Part shown: positions 1-10,833 of the stretch, in pieces | Layout: every line of letters begins with the position of its first letter | Numbering within the stretch: the first letter of the stretch is position 1 | Assembly: GCA_043228905.1 (NCBI GenBank) | Contig: JBHGNT010000013.1 | Coordinates: 18,104,001-18,168,000, forward strand | Length of the DNA: 64,000 nucleotides | Direction: 5' to 3' | From: Azolla caroliniana | Taxonomy: Eukaryota > Plantae > Polypodiophyta | Program-made: the position numbers and the translations under genes | Notes under the pieces: model-generated | What the model saw: the letters and a program-made list of their open reading frames with translations, nothing else | What the model was told of the DNA's origin: nothing | Database searches by the model: none

Positions 1-2802
1 GATCCATTCTTCTTCGGCACCATGAACCACCTATTAGAATAAAGAGCATTCGACGGTTCCAGAATTCCCATATTCACCTTCTCCTTTAAGAGCTCGATCA
101 GCTTCGGTAGGTGTGCTCTCGGAACCAGTATCGGTTTCAAATTCCAAGGCACATACGACACCGTGAAGATTACCATCGGCTCTATTGTCCTTGGATCAAC
201 ACATTCGATTTCTTGTGGGAAAAATGCGAAAGCCTTCCCATGTCGCGAAACATTCGCTCCTCTTCAGGGAAGAGGAAATCCTCCCTTCCAACTCGTAGCT
301 TTCCTTTCGTCTCTTCAGTGAAGACATGACCTATTGCCTTTGGATCTCTTAAGCTTGGATCGTTAGCGACTTCCTTCATCTTTTGCCAGCTATCTTCCAG
401 TAGCGGAACCGCAACTGGCTTGATCTTCCTACCCATCGTTTTATATTTTGTGTTGATGTTAGCTTCCTTCATCAAGATGCTTCGATGATATTCATCAATG
501 ATAACGTACATGTTGATGGAGTTAACCGAAATCACATGTCGATCGTGAAGATAGCTCAAGCCCACAACGTCCTCGATTTCGCCGATGGTGTCGTTAAATG
601 AGGCTTCTTCCATAATATGAGTCACGAACTCTTCTTATTCTATTATGTTTTCTTCTTTCGGCATCTTCTCGAAGATTTGTATCCGACGCTTGTCCTTCTT
701 GTCGGGTAGTACTAGTTTACATGCGCCATTAGGTGTGACACATGTTGCTTCTCCTCACAATCCACGCGCTCTACCTTCTTGTGGGGACTTGTGATAGCTC
801 GAACTATTTGTGCCCCATGCTTCAATAGTCCGCTCTAAAAATCCGAGGATTCGCCTCCAAGACTATCTCGATTTCTTTCATGATTACCTCGCACCGTTAG
901 GATTTGAATAGATCTTTGATTGTCAAGACTCTTGATTCGCACAAAGGCTGCTCCATTATCGAACACCTTTCTTCTCCCCGATCTTCACCGGCGTCTCCAT
1001 TGTCGCTCGTGCCGAATGAGGTCGAGTATAGTGGTTGTCCACCAAATCTTCATCGACTTCGTCCCTTGCCATCGTTATGGCATTTGTTTTTGCTTTTAAC
1101 GGCTTCTCTTCTTCCTCGTTCGACTGTTGCCTTTTTCTCTTCACAAGGTCCACGATCGTATCATGGAACTCCTTCGTAATGTCGAGCAATTCCCTCAAGG
1201 ACAAGGTCACATGGCTATCGAGAACACGTTCCTCGAGAATCTTCTTCAGATCTGTCGTCTGCTCTATGTCCGACCTTAGCTTATAGGTAGGCATAGTTCT
1301 TGTCTTTCGAGCGGGGTCTTCAACACCAACCTTCACGGGTCGAACCATTTCTTCGAATCGTTTGCTCGACTCCCCTTTTCGGCTTGAGTCTCCTTCCTCC
1401 GTTTGTAACACTCGACTCGTTTCTGCATCTTCTTTCTTTTTCGTTTTCCTTGTTTCATGTCTTTTTGATGGGCCTTGCTCTTCTATTCTTTTTCTCTTTT
1501 CTTCAACGAACACCTCGTGGTTGTCGCACATCACTTTCGCGAGTATGGTGTTGTCATCCACAGGATCAGACCATCCGGTTATGCTTTGCATACTTCAGTC
1601 TGCAAGCTCTACCTTGTTCGAAGTGACCTTTCCCTTGTTCTCATACTTGAGAATGGTAGACCAAAACTTTGCTCCCGCTTTCCCAACTTCAGTTTTTTCT
1701 TTCCTGACTCTTATTTCGGCCAACGCAGCATAGTGCATCCCATCCACATGAGTCACCTCGGCATCCTCCATAGCTTTCTTCATTCCCCCTCTTCCGAAAT
1801 TCACTTGTAGGTCTTCTAGTCTCACTCAAGTAGATCATGTTTCCATCCATGTATACGATATTTTGTCGAATGGCATCTCGAAGGCTCGCACAATCCCTTC
1901 TCATGTGGTCCATGCTATCGCACCACACGCATCTAAAGGGCTCTTTTCCTTTGGGTTCCCGACAATTCATGTTGGCTAGTGTGACCATCTCGAACTTCTT
2001 CGCTAGTTCTTCGATGATGTTGTCATCAATCTTCTTTTCTTTCGGGCTGCTTTGTTTGGGTGGCTCAGCTACTTTCGGTTGTCTTGTTTTCTCCGCGACA
2101 GTCGATCCCACCAAGTCGGTGTCATCAACCCACTGATGACGCTTGTCGAGCCTATTGCATGCCCGCTTCACCGCAATCTAGTCTGCCACAAGCCCGTTTG
2201 CTTGGGTATCATCTTCAAGAAGAGTCCCCAATTCTCGTCTATCCTTCATATCCACAGCTTTCAGGAAGTACAAAGTCTTGTCCTCCTCAAGTAGCACTTG
2301 GTCCGTGGCGGGGAGACGACGAAACATTTGGTTGAACTCGTCGTACACCCTCAAAGCACTCACCCTCTTATTCTTCTTTTCTATCCACTTCATCAAGACA
2401 TGTTGAGTCATCCTCGACAAATCTTCCGTCACGAACTCCGCTAATATCGCTTTCTCGAACTTCGACCACGTTGTCTTCCCTTCTTGAAGCTCGATGACAC
2501 GCCTTTGGATGTTGTTGGCGATCACTCTCTTGAAACTTATGATTTGACGCGCTTCAGACACGTCCCTCTGATTCATCTCCCTTTTGTATGCATCAAGGAA
2601 CTTTGTAATGTTCCTTCTGTCAAATTGACTCCTGAGCTCCACAACACGGTCGACAGCCTTCGCCACGTTCGCATCGTTGTCTCGAGATCTCATCATTTGT
2701 TTGATGATCACCATCATCCTTTCGAACTCTCCCGCTCGATTGCTTGAGGATGCCATCTCCAAGTATCGGTTGATCCTCGACTTGATCCTTCCTACCACCT
2801 CT

Positions 2803-2820
2803 TTCACGCCGGGTTCACCA
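2803..2820 (-). promoter_or_regulatory. Primer binding site, tRNA-Trp
   Basis: + strand TTCACGCCGGGTTCACCA is a 17/18 match to the plant cytosolic tRNA-Trp 3' end as I recall it (TTCACGTCGGGTTCACCA). Confidence 0.85.
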
Positions 2821-2828
2821 CTTAATTA

Positions 2829-2951
2829 TGTCGTGAAGATCTGTCACTACGTGCGGATCGTGAGGCCGAACCACTGGGGTCCTGGACCGGAAGGACTCGA
2901 TGTTTTCTAGTGTAAGTGAGAAAGTATTCAAAAGATAGATGGATGGATGGA

Positions 2952-2983
<32 letters not shown>

Positions 2984-3567
2984 TCAAATCCTTGACTTTA
3001 GATTTGAGAGACAAAGTACATCACCATTAGAGTAACTTAGATCTTGTATTATATATTTCTTTTCTTACATCACTTGCCTCCCTTACACAAGCCCAACTAT
3101 AGGCTTTTATAGGCCTCTCCATGCAAAAACCATGGGCTAAAACCACGAGCTAAAACCATGGTTTTGTGCCCACGGTTTCTATATGTTTGCTTCCTACAAA
3201 ATACTGAATATGAAAAGAAAATATACAAATTCTAAAGCACTCAAGCATTCAGTAGTGGTTTTAGTGGTAACTTAATTTGTTTCCTATCTTGGAGGTGCAA
3301 GGTTCAAGCCTTGCTTCCACCCCTATGTATGCACTTAAATGTTACTAGGCTTTAGTCTTATTTTTATATTTACAATTGAGTGCACATCACACGTGCACAT
3401 GTTTAACTTTACATCTAGCTTTTCTTTTACGATTCTCATTTCAGTCCTATTTACAACATGCTAGCATATGCATGTGGCCTTCAGCCCTTTCACACGTGCA
3501 CATTGCACCTTCTTGATTTCGTTTGTTGCACACAATTTTAACACCGTTGCCGAAAATCTTCACGACA
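2829..3567 (-). repeat. 5' LTR of gypsy-like copy 1 (739 bp)
   Basis: 12-bp perfect terminal inverted repeat TGTCGTGAAGAT...ATCTTCACGACA. TATA-like TATAAAAG on the minus strand at about 3103-3110. Similar to LTR 5915-6678. Confidence 0.9.
3250..3320 (+). promoter_or_regulatory. tRNA-like Pol III A-box/B-box cassette inside LTR U3
   Basis: TGGTTTTAGTGGTAA (A-box-like), GAGGT variable loop, and GCAAGG-TTCAAG-CCTTGC T-arm with B-box GGTTCAAGCC, at tRNA-like spacing. Confidence 0.65.
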
Positions 3568-6164
3568 ACGTAAAACCCTCCTTTCACAAATTCGTGAACT
3601 TTTCTTCCTTCTTGGGACATACGCTTGTTTGGACTATTCATGTCCCACTCGCAAATAACCCAACCTAAACATCTAAAGCATCTTCTCTGAGATTATCCCA
3701 ATTCCTTTCGTGGTTGGCACGTACAGTCAAGAACTGTACTACCTTCTTCCCATCAAGACTCCTTACTCAAGCAAATGCCGCACCATTGTCGAACACTTTG
3801 TTTTCCATCCGGGACAATGTTATGTATGGTTGCCCAAGAATGATAGGATGGGATGCCGAATCTTGAACAAAAAAATGTTGATCTATCTCGACATTGCCAA
3901 TCCTGATGGGGATATTCGGACATGCACCATACAGGTCTTTGGTAGCTTTCGTTGCCGCACGGATCTTCCATCCATGATTTGTATTTATGGGTCATCTTCC
4001 CTTTTTGTAGACCTCTATCGACATAAGGTCGATCTCGGACCCATGGTCTATTTAAGCTACGATTGTTTCTTTTCTTTCTCCCAACTTTATTGGCATCTCC
4101 GTTGTCGCTCGTGCCCAATGAGGCCGAGTATAGTGGTTGTCCACCATATCTTCATTAACTTCGTCCATTGCCATTGTTATGACATTTGCTTTTGCTTTTT
4201 GTGCCCTCTCTTCTTCCTCGTCTGAATGTTGCCTTTTCCTTTTTACGAGGTCCACGATCGTATCGTGGAACTCTTTTTTCGTAATGCCAAGCAATTCCCT
4301 TAAGGACAAGGTCATGTGGTTATCAAGAACGTGTTCCTCGAGAATCTTCTTCAGAATTGTCATCTTTTCTATGTCCGACCTTAGCTTATAGGTAGGCATA
4401 GTTCTTGTCTTTCAAGTGGGGTCTATGACATCAACTCTCATGAGCCGAACCGTTTCTTCAACTCATTTGCTCAATTCCCTTTTTCAGCTTGAGTCTCCAT
4501 CCTTCGTTAGTAAAGCTCGACTTGCTTCCATATCTTCTTTCTTTTTCACGCTCCTTGTTTATGTCTCTTTGATGGGCCGTCTTGCTCTTCCATTCTTTTT
4601 CTCTTTTCATCCACGAACACTTCGTGGTTGTCGCACATAACTTCCGCGAGTATGGTGTTGCCATCTACTGGATTTGTCCATCTGGTTATACTTTGCACAC
4701 TTTGGTATGCAAGCTTTACCTTGTTCGAAGTAACTTTCCCCTTCTTTTCATACTCGAGAATAGAAGACTAATACTTTGTTCCCTTTCTAGCAACCTCATT
4801 TTTATCTTTCCCGACTCTTATTCCGGTCGATGCAGCATAGTGCATCGCATCCACATGAGTCGCCTCGACATCTTCGATAGCTTTCTTCATTCCCCCTCTT
4901 CCGAAATTCACCCGTAGAGGTCTTCTAGTTTCACTCAACCAGATCATGTTGCCATCCATGTATATGATGTTTTGTCGGATGGACTCTTGAAGGTTTGCAC
5001 AATCCCTTCTCATGTGGTCCATGTTGTCGCACCACACACATCTAAAGGGTTCTTTTCCTTTCGGCCCCCGAAGATTCATGTTCGCTAGTGTGACCGTCTC
5101 AAACTTCTTGGCTAATTCTTCAATGATGTCATCATCAATCTTCTTTTCGCCCGGGTCGCTTTGTTTAGGTTGTCTTATTTTTTCCACGCTTGGTCTTATC
5201 AAGTCCGTGTCATCAACCCATTGAGGATGCTTGTCGAGCCTATTGCACGCTCGCTGCATCGTAGTCCAGTCCGTCACAAGCCCGTTCGCTTGAGTGACAT
5301 CTTCAAGGAGAGTCCCCAATTCCCGTCTATCCTTCATATCCACAACTTTCAGGAAGTACACAATCTTGTCCTCCTCAAGCAACACTTGGTCCGTGGGGGG
5401 GAGACGACTAAACATCTAGTTGAACTCGTCGTACACCCTCGAGGCGCTGATCTTCTTATTTTTCTTCTCTATCCACTTCATCAAGACATGTTGAGTCATC
5501 CTCGACAAATCCTTGGTCACAAATTCTGCTAATATTGCTTTCTTGAACTCTGACCATGTTGTCTTCCCTTCTTGGAGGTCGATGACCGCCTTTGGACGTT
5601 GTTGGCAACAACTCGCTTGAAACTTGAGATTTGACATGCTTCAGAGACGTCCCTCTGATTTATCTCCCTTTTGTATACATCAAGGAACTTCGTAATGTTC
5701 CTTCCATTAAATTGACCCACGACCTCCACAACGCGGTCAACGGCCTCCTCCACACTCGCATCGTTGTCCTGAGATCTCATCATTTGTTCGACGATTACCA
5801 TCATTCTTTCGAACTCTCCCATTTGATTGCTTGAGGATGCCATCTCCAAGTATCGGTCAATCATCGCCTTGATCCTTCCTACCGCTTCTTTCACGTTGGG
5901 TCCACCAAGAAAGATGTCGAGGAAATCCTCATGTGCTCGTGGAATGAAGCGGAACCGTCGGGGTCCTAGACCGGAAGGATTCGATGTTTGACTAGCATAA
6001 GCGAGAAAGAGAGGGATTCCAATTTCGACTTTGAACCCTTGACTTCAAGTTTGAGAGACAAGACCAATGAGATAACTAGGATTTTATTATTCTTAAGTTC
6101 CTCCTTCAATACATAGCTCCCTTACACAAGCCCAACTAGAGGCTTTTATAGGTCTCCCCATGCA

Positions 6165-6310
6165 AAAACCATGGGCTAAACCATGGTTTTATGCACATGG
6201 TTTTCTATGACATGCACAAAACCTTAGGCTTAAACCATGGTTTTGTGCACATGGTTTGCTATGACATGCACAAACCCTTAGGCTTAAACCATGGTCTTGT
6301 GCACACGGTT
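6165..6310. repeat. About 53-bp tandem repeat (about 3 units) containing the palindrome AAACCATGGTTT in LTR U3
   Basis: AAACCATGGTTTT.TGCACATGGTTT.CTATGACATGCACAAA.CTTAGGCTT is repeated. LTR copy 1 has only one related unit. Confidence 0.8.
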
Positions 6311-6377
6311 TTATACATTTGTTTCTTATGGAATATTGAATATGAAAAGACAATATATGTCAAAATCTACAGTACTC

Positions 6378-6445
6378 AGTAGTAGCTTTAGTGGTAAATC
6401 AATTGTCTCCTATCTTGGAGGCGCAAGGTTTAAACCTTGCTTGCA
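6378..6445 (+). promoter_or_regulatory. tRNA-like Pol III cassette inside LTR of copy 2
   Basis: TAGCTTTAGTGGTAAA ... GGAGGC GCAAGG-TTTAAA-CCTTGC. Confidence 0.6.
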
Positions 6446-6678
6446 CTCAAATGTTACCGGGCTTTAGTCTTATTTTTATATTCACAAGTGTTTGAGAAAT
6501 GTGCATATGTTTAACCTTACGTCTAGCCTTCCTTTTACGATTCTCATTTCAATCCTATTTACAACATGCTAGTGTACATGTGTGACCATCACCCCTTCCA
6601 CACGTGCGCACATTGCACCTTCTCGATTTTGTCCCTTCTGCGTGATTTTCATGTTGTTGTCGAAAATCTTCACAAACA

Positions 6679-7597
6679 CTATGAGCTCATGTCCCCTCAT
6701 CCTGAAGCTCCCTTTGCTGCCCTTTCACGTCGGGTTCACCAAAGATGTCGCGAATTTCCATGTGCATGTGTCAGATCGGGCAAGATCACGGGGGTCTTGG
6801 ACTAGGGAGTCGGAATGAGCAGTTGCTAAGCCTGCATCGTTCTAACCGGCTCGGTTGCTAAAGACCTTTGCGAAGCACGCGGGCTTGTAGGACCTGTGCC
6901 TGGTTCGACACTATCGCCGGATTCCAGGAACTGAGCACTTTGGCTCTCAACATGAAGAGTAAGCATAGAACTGAGGAGGGAACCAACGTCTCCTCGGAAA
7001 CAACAAACAAGAAGCGAAATCAAACACAACATAGAGAGAACTGGAGCAGAGAATACAGGATGAGCACCCGGATACAACAAATCAATAGTTAATTAATAGA
7101 AAGAATACAAGAAATGGCCCGTCGACTAGGAAAATCGCTTCGAGCTCAACAAACGCATCGACTAGTGAGCCTCTAGTCAGGAGCACACTGGCTTCCTACG
7201 CGAGTAGAGGCCTCACCTTCCCTCACTAAATGCACAAAACAAAATATCGGAAAACTCAGAGCACAAACCAATGACGTCTTCCCTTCCAAAACGATGGATC
7301 CCTAAAACGGTATTCCTTCCCTCCTTTTATAGTTCAAGGAGGGTCTGTTACATCAGTATTCATGACTACCACTTTTGTCAGCGATTTTCTCCCCCGATTT
7401 CCTTCCATCACATCCTATTATTCCCCTCTTTTTGTGGGATAATAAAGTACCTATTTAAATCACACTATCTCGTACTTATTAGTCCTAGGCTATTTACAAT
7501 AGTTTTATATAAGAACCCCTTTTATGTGCATTCGTGCACACCTTTGTTCACACGTGATTGGTGGCTTTTCTTTTAATTCCCGGAATCCTCCACGACA
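6679..7597 (-). mobile_element. Ty3/gypsy-like copy 3: 5' LTR (6746-7597), perfect tRNA-Trp PBS (6724-6741) and 45 bp of leader, interrupted by copy 2
   Basis: TGTCG...CACGACA termini. PBS TTCACGTCGGGTTCACCA matches 18/18. Confidence 0.85.
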
Positions 7598-9385
7598 ACT
7601 TATAGGATGATGACATTCGGGCTTCCAGAATCATTTCATACGCCGAGGGAGTTGTTGGATTTTGACATTCTGAAGCTGATTTGATGAAGATCCTAAGTGA
7701 TCTTGGAATGCCAAGCCCATGGTGCTTGCTTAGGGCCATAGAGTGGCTTCTTTAGTCGGCACACTAATGTTGGATGTGTGCTCGATTCGAAGCAGGGTGG
7801 TTGTACCATGTACACCTCCTCCTCTAATTCACCTTGAAGAAAGGCATTCTTGACGTCCATCTAATGGAGGTGCCACCCTTTCGCTATTGCAAGCGTTATC
7901 ATGGTCCGCACAGTTGTCATCTTTGTCATCGGAGCAAAGGTCTCTTCATAGTCGACTCCGTGTGTTTGTGAGTAACCTTTTGCTACGAGTCGAGCTTTGT
8001 AGCGGTTGATGGAGCCGTCGACATTATACTTCATTTTGTATATCCATCTGCAACTAATTGCATTCATGTGTGGTGAGTGGGGAATGAGATCTCATGTCTC
8101 ATTCTTGCATAATACTTGCATCTCCTCGTTCATTGCTTCGACCCATCGTGGATCCTTGGCCGCTTCGGAAAAACTTTCCGGTTCTCGAATTGTCGCCACC
8201 TTCATCATAAAGGCATAGTGATATGCCATATAGTCGTTGTAGCCGAATCGGCTAAGCAGATTCTTCTCACGGGTGCAACGTTAGAGTTTTTCATTTGATG
8301 TGGAAATGACTTTCTTCACTCCAGGTGTCCTCATGATAGGCACATGAAAGCCATCAAGCTCACTATCGAGTGAGTGAGCCGATTCACTGCCGTTAGATTG
8401 ATCGTCTTCATAATCCAACATTTTTGCTTTTCCTTTATCCATTTTCGTACTTGGCTAGGACATACTTTGCTCGCTTGGAGGCTCCTGTGGTTTGATCAAT
8501 TTGGTTGAGATAGGACTCTCCTCAAGTATTGACCTTAGCTTATCATTGTCCTTTGTGTCTTCAAGGTCGACTGGAAATGATTCAGAAGGAGTTCGCTTAG
8601 GTTCGTACCATGATGCTGATTCATCAAAGACGACATCCCAACTTACACGAACCTTCCGAATAGAGGGGTTGAAGCATTTGTACCCCTTTTGCTCCAATGA
8701 GTATCCTACGAGGATACATTTCTCTGACTTGGGATCTAACTTTTGTCGTTTTTTGTCGGGAATGTGCACGTACGCAAATGAGCCGAATATCTTGATGTGG
8801 GATAGATCCGACATCTTTCCATAATACTTCTCGTGAGGGGTGACCTCATGCATGTCAGATGTCGTACACCGGTTTATTAGGTAGAGGGTTATGCATGTTG
8901 CTTCGGGTCCAATATGACTTCGGCATGTGCTTCTCGTTCAACATGAGCCTTGATACTTTGACGATGTGCTGATTTTTGCGTTCGGCCACTCTGTTCTGTT
9001 GCAGTGTGTGTCAGCACATAAACTCTTGCCGAATTCCTTCTTTTTGGAGATAAGCCGAAAATTCGTTGGAGAAGTACTCTTTTCCTTCGTCCAATTGAAG
9101 GCATCAGACATGTCGGCCGGTTTCCTTTTCGACTCCACTTTTGAATTTTTGGAAGTGTGAGAATAATTGACTCTTCTGTCTCATGGGGAAGATCCAGGTG
9201 TGCTCGGTGAAGTCGTCGATAAAGGTCACGTAATATTGGCATCCGCTGAATGTAGCCGTCTGTGCTAGTCCCCACACATATGAGTGGATCACATCTAGGA
9301 AACCTTTGCTCATCTTTCACTCTTTTGGAAATGGGTGTCAATGTTGTTTGCCGAATTTGCAAGCTTCACGTACACCTTCAAAGCA
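7598..9385 (-). mobile_element. Degenerate Ty1/copia pol fragment (integrase-RT), cut at the YVDD motif
   Basis: Integrase motifs LDVIHSYVWG...YYVTFIDDFT and KLDPKSEKCILVGYS. RT motifs RYKARLVAKGYSQTHGVDYEETFAP and [18 protein letters not shown], ending at VIIL*V. Confidence 0.92.
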
Positions 9386-10833
9386 CTCAAAGGTCAAAGG
9401 TCACCACTACTTTCTACACATAGAATCATATTCTATGACACATAACTAATGAGTTCCATATTCCCCATAACTAATGAGTTTCCACATTTGCCAAGGTTCT
9501 AGAGAGAGAGTGGGCATTTTAGTGAGAGAATATAGAGAGAGGGTGACCTTATATAAAGCACCCTCCTCCTACTTTTGTAATGTGTCGGTTAATCTCCTTT
9601 GTAATATTCATATTGTTGTAGTTGTTCTCCACTTCCTAATACATACATCTTCTTGAGTATTTAATTTCCCTATCTATCTTGTGTCTCTCCTCTTTCACAC
9701 ACACATAACACACATCTCTAATCTATTCCGTTGCATAGAATCACACTCGATTCTTTACAAAGACTTTAGATGTATCAAATATTGATTTGCTAATAAGTTC
9801 AAGGTTGTTCAACACCTTTCAATATATAGAAATGTTGAGTCATGTCTTCCTACTCGATGCTATTTTTTTGAGTTGTAATTTCAATGTCCTATACAAAGTT
9901 TGCCATGTCAATCACATGGTGTATTTTTGTTAGTATGGGCTTATCCACATGCACCCTCTACTCAAAAGAGTTGCATTTACATTAGATTGCCTTACAACAC
10001 CTTAAAAGGTTTTACTTGCCATAAGATTCTCACTATTCTCACTATTCGTATTTCCTTGTTTTAATATATACACGTCTTATTATGAGAAGACCCATGATAT
10101 TTTTGTCTAATAGCTTTTGCCATTGGGTAAGCCCATTACGAGGGAGAGAGAGGCCTTCCTATAAACCTACTCCAACAATAGGTTTCAAAGTGATATTACC
10201 ATCATGCAAGCCCCTACGCGAAGAAAACTTGGAAGGCCGACTTTTCCAAGTTATCGTTTTACAAACGTAGGGCTAATTAGAAGAGAACAATACCATCGAT
10301 TACTCCATTCGGGGGTAGCAACAAGAAAACGACACCCAAATAGTTGGAATTAAGTGTGGTGTGCGGAATGGATTCGACAGGTTTTAGCAGGAGTGCCTTC
10401 TTCTGACCGAGCGCTCGTTGCTAATTTTAAGAAAAACACAAGTTTTTAATGGGGGGGAGGGAACGAAGGGTGGTGTGTGAAAGTTGGAACGATGGGATCT
10501 GTTGGGCGGAGGGGGGGGGGGGGGGGGAGATATGCCCGAACGAAAGATGTGGTTCACAGAATTGATCTCATGATTGTTTAGTTTTTTTATGTACATTGGG
10601 CATTAAACTTATATGTATGTATGTACATATATCCAAAGAAACTGATGTAAAATTAAAGGATAGAAAAGTAGTAAAGACAGAAATGAATTGTGATGTGTGT
10701 TTCTCTTATGTACATATCAATATGTGTACAGTGTATGTGAGAGAGGTTTTCACTGCTTTTGGTCCTAAAACCTTGTCACCAACAAGCTTTGCCTGTCTGT
10801 CTGTCTGGTCTGTTCTGTCTGTCTCCTGAAGGA

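Larger units (their letters stand above)
1..3567 (-). mobile_element. Ty3/gypsy-like LTR retrotransposon copy 1 (5' LTR, tRNA-Trp PBS, gag-PR-start of RT; frameshifted; runs off window start)
   Basis: Broken minus-strand ORFs 2178-2807, 1689-2171 (CCHC knuckle CVWCDSMDHMRRDC), 956-1591 and 182-625. Protease-like region at about 880-1000. Gypsy RT N-terminal motif (GILEPSNALYSNRWFMVPKKNG) at 1-180. PBS 2803-2820, LTR 2829-3567. Confidence 0.9.
3568..6678 (-). mobile_element. Ty3/gypsy-like copy 2 (5' LTR 5915-6678, PBS 5890-5907, gag-PR), interrupted by copy 1
   Basis: ORFs 5529-5894, 4768-5415 (CVWCDNMDHMRRDC) and 4052-4399 parallel those of copy 1. Protease motif (ALNRPWVRD, frameshifted from ALIDHGSEI) at about 4020-4070. 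LTR homologous to 2829-3567. Confidence 0.9.

Noticed and set aside
3250-3320. Functional tRNA genes within the LTRs
   Set aside because: No convincing acceptor or anticodon stems. Only the A/B boxes and T-arm are retained.
111-5834. Many + strand ORFs opposite the gag/pol regions
   Set aside because: These are antisense shadows of retroelement coding sequence with no independent motifs.
9400-9759. Possible solo LTR (TATA, ends TTTACA)
   Set aside because: No clear 5' TG terminus, TSD or second copy in the window.
10504-10530. G-run upstream of RNL as a G-quadruplex regulator
   Set aside because: It is a simple homopolymer with nothing in the sequence to support a function.
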